64,000 nucleotides of DNA from Squalus acanthias (GCA_030390025.1 JASTWF010000035.1:930001-994000), one strand, 5' to 3'. Positions 51,450 through 63,797 are shown, numbered from the stretch's first letter. Notes: generated from the letters alone by a model not told the origin. Numbers and translations: made by a program.

Positions 51450-54400
51450 CTGCATATGTTTTGTGAACAGGGGGTGAGGGGAGCGTGTTTGAAAGGGAAG
51501 GGGGACAGTAAGTAGCGTGGAGTCCAGTTCGACGGAGTACTGCTCCTACAGAGTACTAAACTCAGAATTTGGTGAGTGAGGGAATTTGGTGCATTGAGGG
51601 AAGTGGTGCTGTTCTGGTATTTTTTTAAAAACAAGGAGCGGTCTGAGAGAGGGAGCATGAGACAGTGATACCTGAGAGCTGAGGTCTAGAGACATTAATT
51701 AAAATTAATAATTTAAGCAAGATTCTAACAAGCTTCTGAAACAGGGAATAGACATTTTTTTAGATCCTGAATGGGCAGCTGATACCTGTAGCTTGCAACT
51801 CCTGCACCATGTGGGAACTTCAGGACACTTCATGTGTCTTGGGGGACCATGTGTGTAGGAAGTGTTTGTCCAGCTGCTTGAGCTCGAGCTCAGGATTTTC
51901 CGAGCTTGAGGGGCAGCTGGAGTCACTGCCGAGCATCAGGGAGGCTGAGAGTTTCCTGGACCGGATGTTCCAGGAGGTGGCCACCCCACAGGCAGAGTGT
52001 GTTCAGGATAGTCAATGGGTGGCCATCCGCAAGAGTAGGAAGAGGCAGGAAGTGCAGGAGTCTTTGGGGTGTGTGTCACTCTCAAACCGGTACGCAGACT
52101 GCTGGGAGTGACGGCACCTTGAAGGACTGCAGTCCAGACCATGGCACCAATGGGCAAGAGACTGCACAGGGCAGAGGAATAGCAAAGTGTAAAAATGCAG
52201 TCGTTCTAGGAGATTCCATAGTTAGGGGGACAGACAGGCGATTCTGTAACCGTCACCGTGAGTCCCGCATGGTGTGTTGCCTCCCTGGTGCCAGGGTAAA
52301 GGACATCACTGAGAGGGTGCAGAATATTCTGCAAGGGGAAGGGAGTGAGCCAGAAGTTGTGGTACACGTCGGTACCAACGACAGAGAGGGCAGGTATTGA
52401 GGTCCTACAGTCAGGCTTTCAGGGGCTAGGGAGGAAGTTAAAAAGTAGGACCTCAAAGGTAGTAATCTGTGGATTACTCCCAGTGCCACGCGCCAGCGAG
52501 AGTAGAAATAGGAAGATAGGGAGGATTAATGTGAGGCTTGAGGCATGGTGCAGGAGGGAGGGCTTCAGATTCTTGGAGCATTGGGACCAGTTCTGGGGCA
52601 GGAGGCACCTATTCAAAAGGGACGGGTTGCACCTCAGCAGGACTGGGACCAATGTCCTCGCGGGGAGGTTCACTAGTGTGGTTGGGGAGGGTTTAAACTA
52701 AATTGGGATGGGGGGGGTGGGCACCAGCATATAGCAGTAGAAAAGAGGAATAAGGTGTATAAAGGAGGGAGAGTGTTGGATAGTACTAGAGACGGAAGTA
52801 GTGCCGTATTAGACAGGAGCAGACTACGAGGAATACAAAGACAGCTTTGGAATTTATGTATGTAAACGCACAAAGTGTGCATAAGGTTGGTGAGCTACAA
52901 GCACAATTAGCCGTGTGTTAATATGATGTAGTGGCAATAACTGAAACGTGGCTTAAAAATGGTGAGGACTGAGTGCTTAATATTCACGGATACAAGGTGT
53001 TCAGAGGTGGCAGCACTGATTAGGGAAGACATTGTAGTGTTGGAAAGGGAGGATGTCCTTGAGGGGGCAAGGACAGAATCCATTTGGTTAGAGTTGAGAA
53101 GCAAAAAGGGTATGATCACACTATTGGGGGTATTCTAAAGACTTCCAAATAGTGAGAGAGATAGAGGAGCAAATCTGCAGGGAAATCAGAGATGTGCAAG
53201 AGCTATAGAGTGGTGATATTGGGGGACTTTAATTACCCAAATATCGACTGGGATAATGTTAGAGTAAAGGGAAAGGACGGGGAGGAATTTCTGAAATATG
53301 TTCAGGAGAACTTTCTTGACCAGTATGTTCCAGGCCCAACTAGGAAGGAGGCATTGCTGGCTCTGGTGCTGGGAAATGAGGTGGGCCAGGTTGAACAAGT
53401 GTCTGTGGGAGAACACTTGGGTAAGAGTGATCATCATATCATAAGGTTCAGATTAGTAATGGAGAAGAGCAAGGAACAATCTAAAGTAGAACTTCTAAAT
53501 TGGAAGAGGGCTAACTTCAATGGGATGGGATGAGAGGAGATCTAACCAGGGTTAAATGGAACCAAAGATTGACAGGAAAAACTAACGGAACAATGGGTGA
53601 TCTTTAAGGAGGAGATGTTTCAGGTACAGGCTAGGTACATTCCAACAAGAGGGAAAGGTAGGGGAACCAAAGCAAGGGCTCCTTGGATGACGAGGGAGAT
53701 AGAGAAGATGATGAAACAAAAAAAGAGGGTGTATGATGCATGTCAGGTGAAATCTTAAGTGAGAACCAGACCAAATACAATAAATTGAGAGGGGAAGTGA
53801 AGAGGAAAATAAGACTGGCAAAGAGAGAATATGAGAATAGAATGGCAGTTAACATAAAAGGGAACCCAAAAATCTTCTACCCCAGCATGTAAATAGTAAG
53901 CGGGTAGTAAGAGGCGGGGTGGGGCCTATTGGACAAAGAAGGTGATATTTGATTAGAGGCGCAGGGCAAGGCTAGAATACTCAATGAGTACTTTGTATCG
54001 GTGTTTAGTAAGGAGGTGGATGCTGACAAAATATCGGTAGAAGTGGAGATGGTTGAGGTAATGGGATAGGGTGAAAATTGATGGGCAGGATGTACTAGAA
54101 AGGCTGGGTATGCTTTGAGTGGACAAGTTGCCTGGTCCAGATGGCTTGCATCCCAGGTTGCTAAGGGAAGTGGGGGTGGAGATAACGGAAGGGCTTGCCA
54201 TAATCTTCCAATCTTCCCTAGATACGGGGGAGGTGCCAAAGGATTGAAAAGTGGCAAATGTGACACCCTTCTTCAAGAAAGAGTGCAAGGACAATCCTAG
54301 CAACTACAGGCCGGTCAGTTTAACATCATTGGTGGGTAAGGTTTTAGAAACAATAATCAGGGAAAAAATTAACAGGCACTTGGAGAGGTTTAAGTTAGTT

Positions 54401-55440
54401 AAGGAGAGCCAGCACGGATTTGTAAAAGGCAGATCGTGTTTGACTAATCTAATTGAATTTTTTGATGAAGTAACCAAGAAGGTTGATGAAGGGAATGCAG
54501 TGGATGTTGTCTATATGGATTTTAAGAAAGCGTTTGACAAAGTACCACATAAAAGGCTGGTTAAAATTGAGGCTCATGGAATAGGTGGGTCAGTGTCAGC
54601 TTGGATAAGGAATTCGCTTAAGGACAGAAAACAGCGAGTTGTGGTAAATGGCTGTTTTTCAGACTGGAGGATGGTAGACAGTGGTGTTCCCCAAGGGTCA
54701 GTGCTGGGGCCACTGCTTTTTTGATATATATTAATATATGGATATTGGAATACAGAGTAAAATTTCAAAATTTGCTGATGACACCAAACTTGGGAGTGTG
54801 GCAAACAGTGAGGATGATATCAATCGACGGCAACAGGACATAGAAAGGCTAGCAGAATGGGCAGACAAGTGGCAGATGGAATTTAATACAGAGAAGTGTG
54901 AGGTGATGCATTTTGGCAGTAGGAACGGGAGAGGCATTATACACTTAATGGCACAGTTCTAAAGAGTGTGCAGGGACAGAGGGACCTTGGGATTCATGTG
55001 CATAGGTCCCTGAAGGTGGCAGGACATATTGAGAGGGTGGTTAGCAAAGTATATGGGATCTTGAGCTTCATAAATAGAGGTATTGAATACAAAAGTAGAG
55101 AAGTTATGCTGAACCTTTATAAAGCACTGGTTAGGCCACAACTGGAGTATTGCGTCCAGTTCTGGTCACCACACTTTAGGAAGGATGTGATGGTCCTTGA
55201 GAGGGTGCAGAGGAGATTTACCAGAATGGTTCCGGGGATGGGAGATCTTAGCTACACGGACAGGTTGGAGAAGCTGGGTTGTTCTCCTTGGAGCAAAGGA
55301 GGTTGAGGGGTGATTTGATAGAGGTGTACAAGATTATGATGGGTGTGGATAAGGTAGACAGAGAAGCTGGTCCCATTAGCTGATGGTACAAGGACCAGGG
55401 GACACAGATTTATGGTTTTGGGCAAGAGATACAGGGGGGC
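51450..55440 (+). mobile_element. Near-full-length decayed CR1 LINE lacking its 3' end
   Basis: ORF1 pieces (MWELQDTSCVLGDHVCRKC; GDSIVRG...HVGTND; GEGLN*) and ORF2 pieces (GDFNYP, YRPVSLTS, VPQGSVLGP, FADD, LEYCVQFWSP), with multiple frameshifts. Confidence 0.93.
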
Positions 55441-55535
55441 TGAGTTTGGCCGTAACATCCTTCTGTTTTCTGTCCTCTCTTGTCTGTGCTTTACTTTGCT
55501 GACTTGTTTTTCCTCCCCTTCTCTCTCCTTTGCAG

Positions 55536-55643
55536 ATGAACTTCTTATTGAAGGAGTTCCTACTGTCCGGAGAGCTGGCTGAAGCCGAGCATTGCCTCCG
55601 TGATTTGGAGGTGCCACATTTCCACCATGAGCTTGTTTACGAG
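55536..55643 (+). CDS. PDCD4: PDCD4-family coding exon (MA3 domain 2)
   Basis: Long pyrimidine tract, ttgcag|ATG...GAG|gtgagg. Encodes MNFLLKEFLLSGELAEAEHCLRDLEVPHFHHELVYE. 108 nt. Confidence 0.97.
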
Positions 55644-56667
55644 GTGAGGACAGACATTCCTGCTGCTTTCGTGTCTCGGCTTGGCTTGTGTGGAGTGCAC
55701 CTTGAATGCGTAAAAGTGTAAATAGAAGCCTGGGCCCCTGCTCCTTCTGCTGAATGAAAGAGTTTATTTGCTAGTTTGGGGTATCGGCTTATAAAACATT
55801 AATGGCTTCCGCTCCTTTTCCCTGCCTGCCTGTCTTGTGTTGTCTGCCGCACCCTGCATCCACAGCTAGAATGAAGTGATAACCATCGTGTGTTCCTGTG
55901 ACACGGACTCGATCTCATCTGAGGTGCTCCTCCTGGTTCTGGAAGATCATTGTCATCTTGTTTAGATTCTGATTGCTCCAGTGTTAATGCGGGTAGACTG
56001 AACTCCAAGCCACGCTCGTCATTGGAATAGCTTCAAAATACTGCTGCTTGCTTTCTGGGGGGAGTTGAGGCCCGAGAGGGAGGGCTGTTTCCACCACACG
56101 GCTTGTCCTTGCCCCTGACTCCATGCTGTGTATAAACAGGGCAGTTTGGAACAAGCAAATAATTTGTTTCCTAAGGAGGGGATGATCCTAACTTAACAAT
56201 GGATATCCTAAGTTATTTCAGAAGCCCACGATTATTCGATCTTGTTTCCCACATCACGTGGTGCGTGTAGAAGGCTTGGGAGGAACAGACTTTGGACCTC
56301 TGGTTCCCAAAGCTCTCCACCACTGGGGGTTTTCCTCACCTCATGTCTGGGTCTGTTGTAGACTCATTGATAGAGATCGATTGCTGTGATTAGTCAACAA
56401 CTCCATTGTTACAGACCTTTAGTCATTTTTCGTCTAGCAATTCCAAAGTCCCTCATTGGCAGGGATCTTGACCCAAAGCCTGCAGAAGCTCACAGCAGCA
56501 AATCCCTGAACTCTGGCCTGTGATTGAAGATGGAAAGGAATGCTGAAAATGTATCCCCAGTCTCACCTGGATTCTGCCACAAGGCAGCCCCTCTATCAGC
56601 CACCCAAAGTGAAACCTTGTCGTTGTGCAGTCCCACTCCCCTTCAGGGAGAGCACCGCCGGACATCA

Positions 56668-57835
56668 TGAGAGGGGAGCGGTCAGTGCCCATTGACCCGT
56701 GCCCCGGGGGAGGGGAGCGGTCGGTGCCCGTGCCCCGGGGGAGGGGAGCGGTCGGTGCCTGTGACCCGGGGGGAGGGGAGTGGTCAGTGCCCATGCCCCG
56801 GGGGGAGGGGAGCGGCAGGCGCCCGTGCCCCGGGGGGAGGGGAGCGGTCGGTGTCCATTGACCCGTGCCCCGGGGGAGAGGAGCGGTCGGTGCCCATTGA
56901 CCCGTGCCCCGGGGGAGAGGAGCGGTCGGTGCCCATTGACCCGTGCCCCGGGGGAGGAGAGCGGTCGGTGCCCGCGCCCCGGGGGAGGGGGGCGGTCAGT
57001 GGGAGGGGAGCGGTCGGTGCCCGCGCCCCGGGGGAGGGCGGCGGCTGGTGCCCGGGGGAGGGCGGCGGCCGGTGCCCGCGCCCCGGGGGAGGGCGGCGGC
57101 CGTCGGTGCCCGCGCCCCGGGGGAGGGCGGCGGCCGTCGGTGCCCGCGCCCCGGGGGAGGGCGGCGGCCGTCGGTGCCCGCGCCCCGGGGGAGGGCGGCG
57201 GTCGTCGGTGCCCGGGGGAGGGGAGGGGAGCGGTCATTCCCCCGGGGGAGGGGAGCGGTCATTCCCCCGGGGGAGGGGTGGGGAGCGGTCATTCCCCCGG
57301 GGGAGGGGAGGGGAGCGGTCATTCCCCCGGGGGAGGGGAGGGGTGCGGTCATTCCCCCGGGGGAGGGGAGGGGTGCGGTCATTCCCCCGGGGGAGGGGAG
57401 GGGTGCGGTCATTCCCCCGGGCGAGGGGTGCGGTCATTCCCCCGGGCGAGGGGTGCGGTCAGTGCCCGGACGAGGGGGGCGGTCATTGCCCTTGCCCCGG
57501 GGGAGGGGGGCGGTGAGTGCCCGTGCCCCGGGGGAGGGGGTGCGGTGAGTGTCCGGGGGGGGGGGGAGGGGGCGGTCGGTGCCTGTGCCCCGGGGGAGGG
57601 GAATGGTCCGTGCCCTGGGGGAGGGGAGCGGTCAGTGCCCGGGGGGAGGGCAGCGGTCAGTGCCCGGGTGAAGGGAGCGGTCAGTGCCCGGGGGAGGGGC
57701 GTGGTCAGTGCCCGCGCCCCGGGGGAGGGGAGCGGTCAGTGCCCGGGGGAGGTGCGCGGTCAGTGCCCGTGCCCCGGGGGAGGGGAGCGGTCAGTGCCCG
57801 GGGGAGGGCAGCGGCGGGCGCCCGTTTCCCCGGGA
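56668..57835. repeat. Very GC-rich degenerate tandem array (about 25-40-bp units, CCCCGGGGGAGGGGAGCGGTC(A/G)GTG)
   Basis: Read directly; several sub-arrays with dense G-runs and CpG. Confidence 0.92.
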
Positions 57836-57969
57836 GAGATTGGCTTCTGCTGCATTTGCCCACACAACAATAATGACCACACTTGAAAAGTAATTCATTC
57901 TGTGAAGCTCTTTGGGATGTGGTGAGGAGGTGAAAGGTGCTGTATAAATGGAGGTGCTTTCCCCCTCAG

Positions 57970-58077
57970 GCCGTTGTCATGGTGCTGGAGTCGACTGGAA
58001 ACACAGCAGCCAAGATGGTGAAGCTGCTTAAAGTGCTGTGGGAGAGTGGGCTCATCACACTGGACCAGATGAACCGG
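57970..58077 (+). CDS. PDCD4: PDCD4-family coding exon (MA3 domain 2)
   Basis: cctcag|GCC...CGG|gtaagt. Encodes AVVMVLESTGNTAAKMVKLLKVLWESGLITLDQMNR. 108 nt. Confidence 0.95.
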
Positions 58078-58364
58078 GTAAGTTTGAGCCTGGTCTCCCC
58101 CAGCCCCTGCCTCCCTCCGTCCCACTGCACCATGGCATGAGCTGCTCATCAGACGAGGACTGTGCTGGCTTCCATCCACAGCCTGTGCCGAGTGACCTGA
58201 TCTCCGCGAGGGCAGCACTGGGAGCATTGCATTTGACCTCTGCCCTTGGGCTGGGGGTGGGTAGGCGTCCACTGACTGCTGCTGGAAATGAGTGCAAACG
58301 CCCAGGTAAAATCCAAGAGAAGGATAACACTGGTTTCTCTGCTGATAATTAGTCTGTAGTCCAC

Positions 58365-59960
58365 CTCTGTGCATTAGGAGGCCATTTGGCCCATCGTGCC
58401 TGTGCTGGCTCCTTGAAAGAGCTCTCCAATTAGTCCCACTCCCCTGCTCTTTCCCCATAGCCGTACAAATATTTCCCCTTCAAGTATTTATCCAATTCCA
58501 TTTTGAAAGTTACTATTGAATCTGCTTCCACCGCCCTTTCAGGCAGCGCATTCCAGATCACAACAACACACTGCGTTTTTTTAAAAAAAAAAGTTTTCCT
58601 CATGTCGCCTCTGGTTCTTTTGCCAATTTCCTTGAATCTCTCTGGTTACTGACCCTTCTGCCACTGGAAACAGTTTCTCTTGATTTACTCTATCAAAACC
58701 TTTCGTGATTTTTGAACACCTTTATTAAATCTCCCCTTAACCTTCTCTGCTCTAAGGAGAACATCTCCAGTCTCTCCACGTAACTGAAGTCTTTCATCCC
58801 TGGTACCATTCTAGTAAATCTCCTCTGCACTCTCTAAGGCCTTTTTAAAAATTCATTCACAGGATGTGGGCGTCACTGGCAAGGCCAGCATTTAATGCCT
58901 GTCCCTAATTTCCCTCAAAGGTGGTTCCTTCCCTAAAGAACATTAGTGAACCAGATGGGTTTTTACGACAATCCGGTAGTTTCATGGTCGCCATTAATGA
59001 TACCAGCTTTTTAATTCCACATTTATTTAATTGAATTTAAATTCCCCAGCTGCTGTGGTGGGATTCGAACTCATTAGTCCAGGCCTTGACATCCTTCCAG
59101 AATTGGACACAATATTCCAGCTGAGGCCTAACCAGTGTTTTATAAAGGTTTAGCATAAATTCCTTGCTTTTGTACTCTATTCCTCTATTTATAAAGCCAA
59201 GGATCCCATTTGCTTTTTGAACAGCCTTCTCAACTTGTCCTGCCACCTTCAAAGACTTGTGTATGTACACCCCAGGTCTCTCTCTCTCCCTGTAAAATTA
59301 TGCCTCGTATACCCAAGTTTCAGGTCATTAATATAGTGGTCCCAACACCGACCTAGCTTTGGATGCCCTTCCTTTCCCTCACGTGGGACTAGTCTGTACA
59401 TTAACTTGCTCCTCTTTGAAGGCCTCCCATTGCTCATTTACTGTTTTACCTGCCAATCTTTGATTCCAATCCTCCTGGGCCAGATCCCTTTTCAACTCAC
59501 TGAAATTAGCCCTCCTTCAGTTGAGAGTTTTCACAGTTGATTGTACCTTGTCCTTTTCCATAATTACTCTGAACCTAACCCTGAGCACAAAAATCTAGGC
59601 TGACACACCAGTTCACTGCTGAGAGGAGCGCTGCACTGTCGGAGATGCAGTCTTTCGGATGCGACGTTAGACCGAGGCCCCATCTGCACTCTCCCTCCTG
59701 CACCATTTCTCCAGCCACGCATTAACCCATCTTATCTTGCTGCTTATCGTCACTAGCACATGGCACTGGGAGTAATCCAGAGATTACGACCTTTTGAGTT
59801 CCTGCTCTTTAACTTCCTCCCGAGCTCCTGAAACTCTGACTGCAGGGCCTCAACCCTTTTCCTTCCTGTGTCATTGGTTCCAACATGGACCACAACTTTG
59901 GACTGTTCCCCTTCTCCCCACCTCAATGTTCTGCATCCGTTCCGTGATATTTTGATGAAC
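58365..59960 (-). mobile_element. Fragmented CR1 (3' UTR, RT end, ORF1 esterase piece) with embedded SINE pieces at about 58845-59080 and 59580-59695
   Basis: ORF 59037-59270 (LYKTLVRPQLEYCVQFW) and ORF 59753-60043 (VVVHVGTND), with SINE cores between them. Confidence 0.8.
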
Positions 59961-60444
59961 TGTATCCCTTTTCTCGAGGAATGTGCCTGTTTGGTGCTAC
60001 AGATTCTGAATGCTGTGGGGCGAGGGGTTCCTTTCCAGCACATCTGCTCAGTATGGTTGGGAGCAGTGCTCGGCAGTAACCACTCCCAGCCCGAGCTGAG
60101 GAGCCCTGGAGCTGATACTGAGAAGCCTCAATGCTGGTACCAGCGATCTGATTCAGTGCTTAACACAATTACAGTGCTTGTCAAATATATTCACACTTGT
60201 AAATGTGCACAGTCAGATGGAGTTCCGTGTGGGGAAATTTGAGGTCATCCACTTTGGATCTGAGGAAGAGAAATTGGAATATTTTGTTGTTGGTGAGACG
60301 AGGAGCGGTGGAGGAGCAGTGGGATTGGGGAGTCCGTGCGCACAAATCACAAAGCTAGTACACAGGTACAAAAAGGCTAATGGAATGTTTGCCTTTATCT
60401 CAAGGGAGCTGGAATACAAAAATGAGGGAGTGTTTGCTTGATGA

Positions 60445-60957
60445 CTTACATAGTACATAGTATTTACAGCACAGAAACAGGCCATTCGGCCCAACTGGTC
60501 CATGCTGGTCGGTGTTTATGCTCCACACGAGCCTCCTCCCACCCTTTTTCATCGAATCCCATCAGCATTTCCTTCTATTCCTTTCTCCCTCGTGCTTATC
60601 GAGCTCTCGCCTTAAATGCATCTACTGTATTAGCATTCGCCTCAAGCCACTCCCTGTGGTGGCGAGTTCCACATTCCAATCACTCTCTGGGTAAAGAAGT
60701 TTCTCCTGAATTCCCTATTGGATTTATTAGTGACTATATTGTATTTATGGCCCCTGGAGACGACTTCTCCACATCTACCCTTTCATAATCTTAAAATCCT
60801 CTATCGTCACCCCTCAGCCTTCTCATTTCTAGAGAAAAGAGCCCCAGCCTGTTCAATCTTTCCTGATAGCTCCAACTCAGGTTCTGGTATCATCCTAGTA
60901 AATCTATTTTGCACCTTCTCCAGTACCTCCATATCATAATACGGAGACCAGAACTGT
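60445..60957 (-). mobile_element. CR1 3' fragment
   Basis: Tail CATAGTACATAG...GGCCATTCGGCCC and coding remnant QFWSPY...LEKVQNRFTRMIP. Confidence 0.8.
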
Positions 60958-63008
60958 GGAGATAAAAAATAAGGGGGAAAAGTCTCTGGTGGGCGTAGTC
61001 TACAGGCCCCCGAACAGTAGCAATGCTGTTGGACAGAGTATAAATCAACAAATAATGGAGGCCTGTAAAAAAGTACAGTAATAATCATGGGTGACTTTAA
61101 TCTCCATATTGATTGGACAAATCAGATTGGCCATGGTAGCCTTGAGGAGGGGTTCATAGAGTGCATCCGTGATGGTTTCCTAGAACAGTATGTAATGGAA
61201 CCAACCAGGGAGCAGGCCATCTTGGATCTGGTACTGTGTAATGAGACAGAATTAATAAATGATCTCATAGTAAAGGATCCTCTAGGAAAGAGTGATCATA
61301 GCATGGTTGAATTTCAAATTCAGTTGGAGGGTGAGAAAGTTGTATATCAAACCAGTGTCCTGATCTTAAACAAAGGCAATTACAGTGGCATGAGGGCAGA
61401 ACTGGCTAAAGTGGACTGGAAAAATAAATTAAAGGGTAAGAAAGTTGAAATGCAGTGGCGGACATTTAAGGAGATATTTCATAACTCTCAACAAAAATAT
61501 ATTCCAGTGAGAGAGAGAGATTTTAAGAGAAGGGAGCACCATCCGTGGCTAACTAAGGAAGTAAAGGATGGTATCAAATTGAAAACGAAGGCATATAATA
61601 TTGCCTAGATTGGTGGGAGACCAGAGGATTGGGAAATTTTTAAAAACCAGCAAAGGATGACTAAAAAAAGATGAATTATGAGAGTAAACTGGCAAGAAAT
61701 ATTAAAACAGATAGTAAGTGCTTCTACAGGTATATAAAAAAAGAAGAGGGTAGCTAAAGTAAACATTGGTCCCTTAGAGGATGAGACTGGGGAATTAATA
61801 ATGGGGAATGGGGAAATGGCAGAGACTCTGAACAAATATTTTGTATCTGTCTTCATGGTAGAAGACACGAACAACATCCCAATAATGGATAATCAAGGGG
61901 CCTCAGGGAGGGGGGAACTAAAGACAATCGCTATCACTAAGGAAATAGTACTTGGCAAAATAATGGGACTAAAAGATGACAAGTCCCCTGGACCAGATGG
62001 CTGCAGAGATAGTGGATGCAATCTACCAAAATTCCCTGGACTACATTAATGACTTGGATGAAGGAACCGAGTGTAATGTAGTCAAGTTTGCGGATGATAC
62101 AAAGATGGGTGGGAAAGCTAGTTGTGCAGAGGACGCAAAGAACCTGCAAAGGGATATAGACAGGCTAAGTGAGTAGGCAAACATTTGGCAGATGGAGTAT
62201 AATGTGGGAAAGTGTGAGGTTATCCACTTTGGCAGGAAAAATAAAAAAGCAAACTATTATTTAAATGGAGAGAGATTACAAAATGCTACAGTTCAGAGGG
62301 ACCTGGAGATCCTTGTGCATGAAACACACAAAGTTAGCATGCAGGTACAGCAAGTAATCAAAAAGACAAATGGAATGTTGGCCTTTATTGCAAAGGGGTT
62401 GGAGTATAAAAGCAGTGAAGTCCTGCTACAACTGTACAGGGTATTGGTGAGACCACACCTTGAGTACTGCGTACAGTTTTGGTCTCCTTATTTAAGGAAG
62501 GATATACTTGCATTGGAGGCAGTTCAGATACGATTCACTCGGTTAATTCCAGAGATGAGGGGTTTGACTTATGAGGAAAGGTTGAGCAGGCTGGGCCTAT
62601 ACTCGTTGGAATTTAGAAGAATGAGAGGTGATCTTATTGAAACATATAAGATACTGAGGGGCCTCGACAGGGTAGATGCAGAGAGGATGTTTCCCCTCGT
62701 GGGTGAATCTAAAACTCGGGGGCATAGTTTCAGAATAAAGGGTCGCCCTTTTAGAACTGAGATGAGGAGGAATTTCTTCTCTGAGGGTCGTAAATCTGTG
62801 GAATTCTCTGCCCCATAGAGCCATGGAGGCTGGGTCATTAAATACATTAAGGTGGCGATAGACAGATTTTTACAAGATAAGGGAGTGAAGGGTTATGGGG
62901 AGCGAGCAGGGAAGTGGCTTTGAGCCCAAGATCAGCCATGATCTTATTGAATGGCGGAGCAGGCTCGAGGGGCCAAGTGGCCTATTCCTGCTCCTGTTTC
63001 TTATGTTC
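60958..63008 (+). mobile_element. 5'-truncated CR1 ORF2 with a large internal RT deletion
   Basis: GDFNLHIDW...SDH, then IYQNSLD joined directly to YINDLD at about 62041, then an open C-terminus (62192-62818) and 3' UTR. Confidence 0.92.
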
Positions 63009-63027
63009 ACAGTACTCCGTGCCTTCC

Positions 63028-63452
63028 CCCATTCACTGGTGCCCTCCCCCAATTCCCCCATTCACTGGTGCCCTCCTCCTCTCTCTTCACCCCCCCCCCC
63101 CCCAATTCACTGGTGCCCTCCTCCTCTCTCTTTCCCCCCCCCCCCCCAATTCACTGGTGCCCTCCTCCTCTCTCTTCCCCCCCCCCCCCCCCCCCCAATT
63201 CACTGGTGCCCTCCTCCTCTCTCTTCCCCCCCCCCCCCCCCAATTCACTGGTGCCCTCCTCCTCTCTCTTTCCCCCCCCCCAATTCACTGGTGCCCTCCT
63301 CCTCTCTCTCTTTCCCCCCCCCACCCCCCCCCCCACCCCAATTCACTGGTGCCCTCCTCCTCTCTCTTCCCCCCCCAATTCACTGGTGCCCTCCTCCTCT
63401 CTCTCTTCCCCCCCCCCCCCCCCCATTCACTGGTGCTCTCCGCCCCCCCCCA
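63028..63452. repeat. C-rich tandem repeat (CAATTCACTGGTGCCCTCCTCCTCTCTCTT plus poly-C), about 9-10 copies
   Basis: Constant core with variable-length poly-C spacers. Confidence 0.92.
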
Positions 63453-63657
63453 GTCATTTGCCATTTCTAGTGTTTTACATCAGTAGGGAAGATAGAAAGG
63501 AGAAACGGCGACTGGAAATACACAAGCAGTCCGCCAGCTACCGCAGTGAGAGAAAAGACATGTTCGTGTTTCAGGAAGGGCCCACCATTGCTTATCAATA
63601 GTCCAGGTTGTGTCTCAGCAGACTGGGACTAGTGCAGCTTTCTGTGCTTATTTGCAG

Positions 63658-63797
63658 GGCTTCCAGCGAGTGTTTGACGAGTTACCGGATATAAACCTGG
63701 ATGTGCCTCTCGCTCACACGATCCTGGAGAAGTTCATGGACCTCTGTTTCCAGGAAGCCTTTATAACCAAGCAGCTTCGTGATAGCTGCCCTTCACG
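63658..63797 (+). CDS. PDCD4: PDCD4-family penultimate coding exon
   Basis: ttgcag|GGC...CG|gtaagc. Encodes GFQRVFDELPDINLDVPLAHTILEKFMDLCFQEAFITKQLRDSCPSR. 140 nt, phase 0/2. The terminal exon is outside the window. Confidence 0.96.

Noticed and set aside
56453..57893. Gly/Pro/Arg-rich ORFs
   Set aside because: GC-rich repeat translations in all frames, inside a PDCD4 intron.
60445..63008. Twin-priming 5' inversion at the junction near 60957
   Set aside because: Each side has its own, different CR1 3' tail, so these are two independent elements joined head to head.
63028..63452. CRISPR-like pattern of constant repeat plus variable spacer
   Set aside because: The spacers are only poly-C of varying length, there are no cas genes, and the context is a vertebrate intron. 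The other arrays have no unique spacers either.
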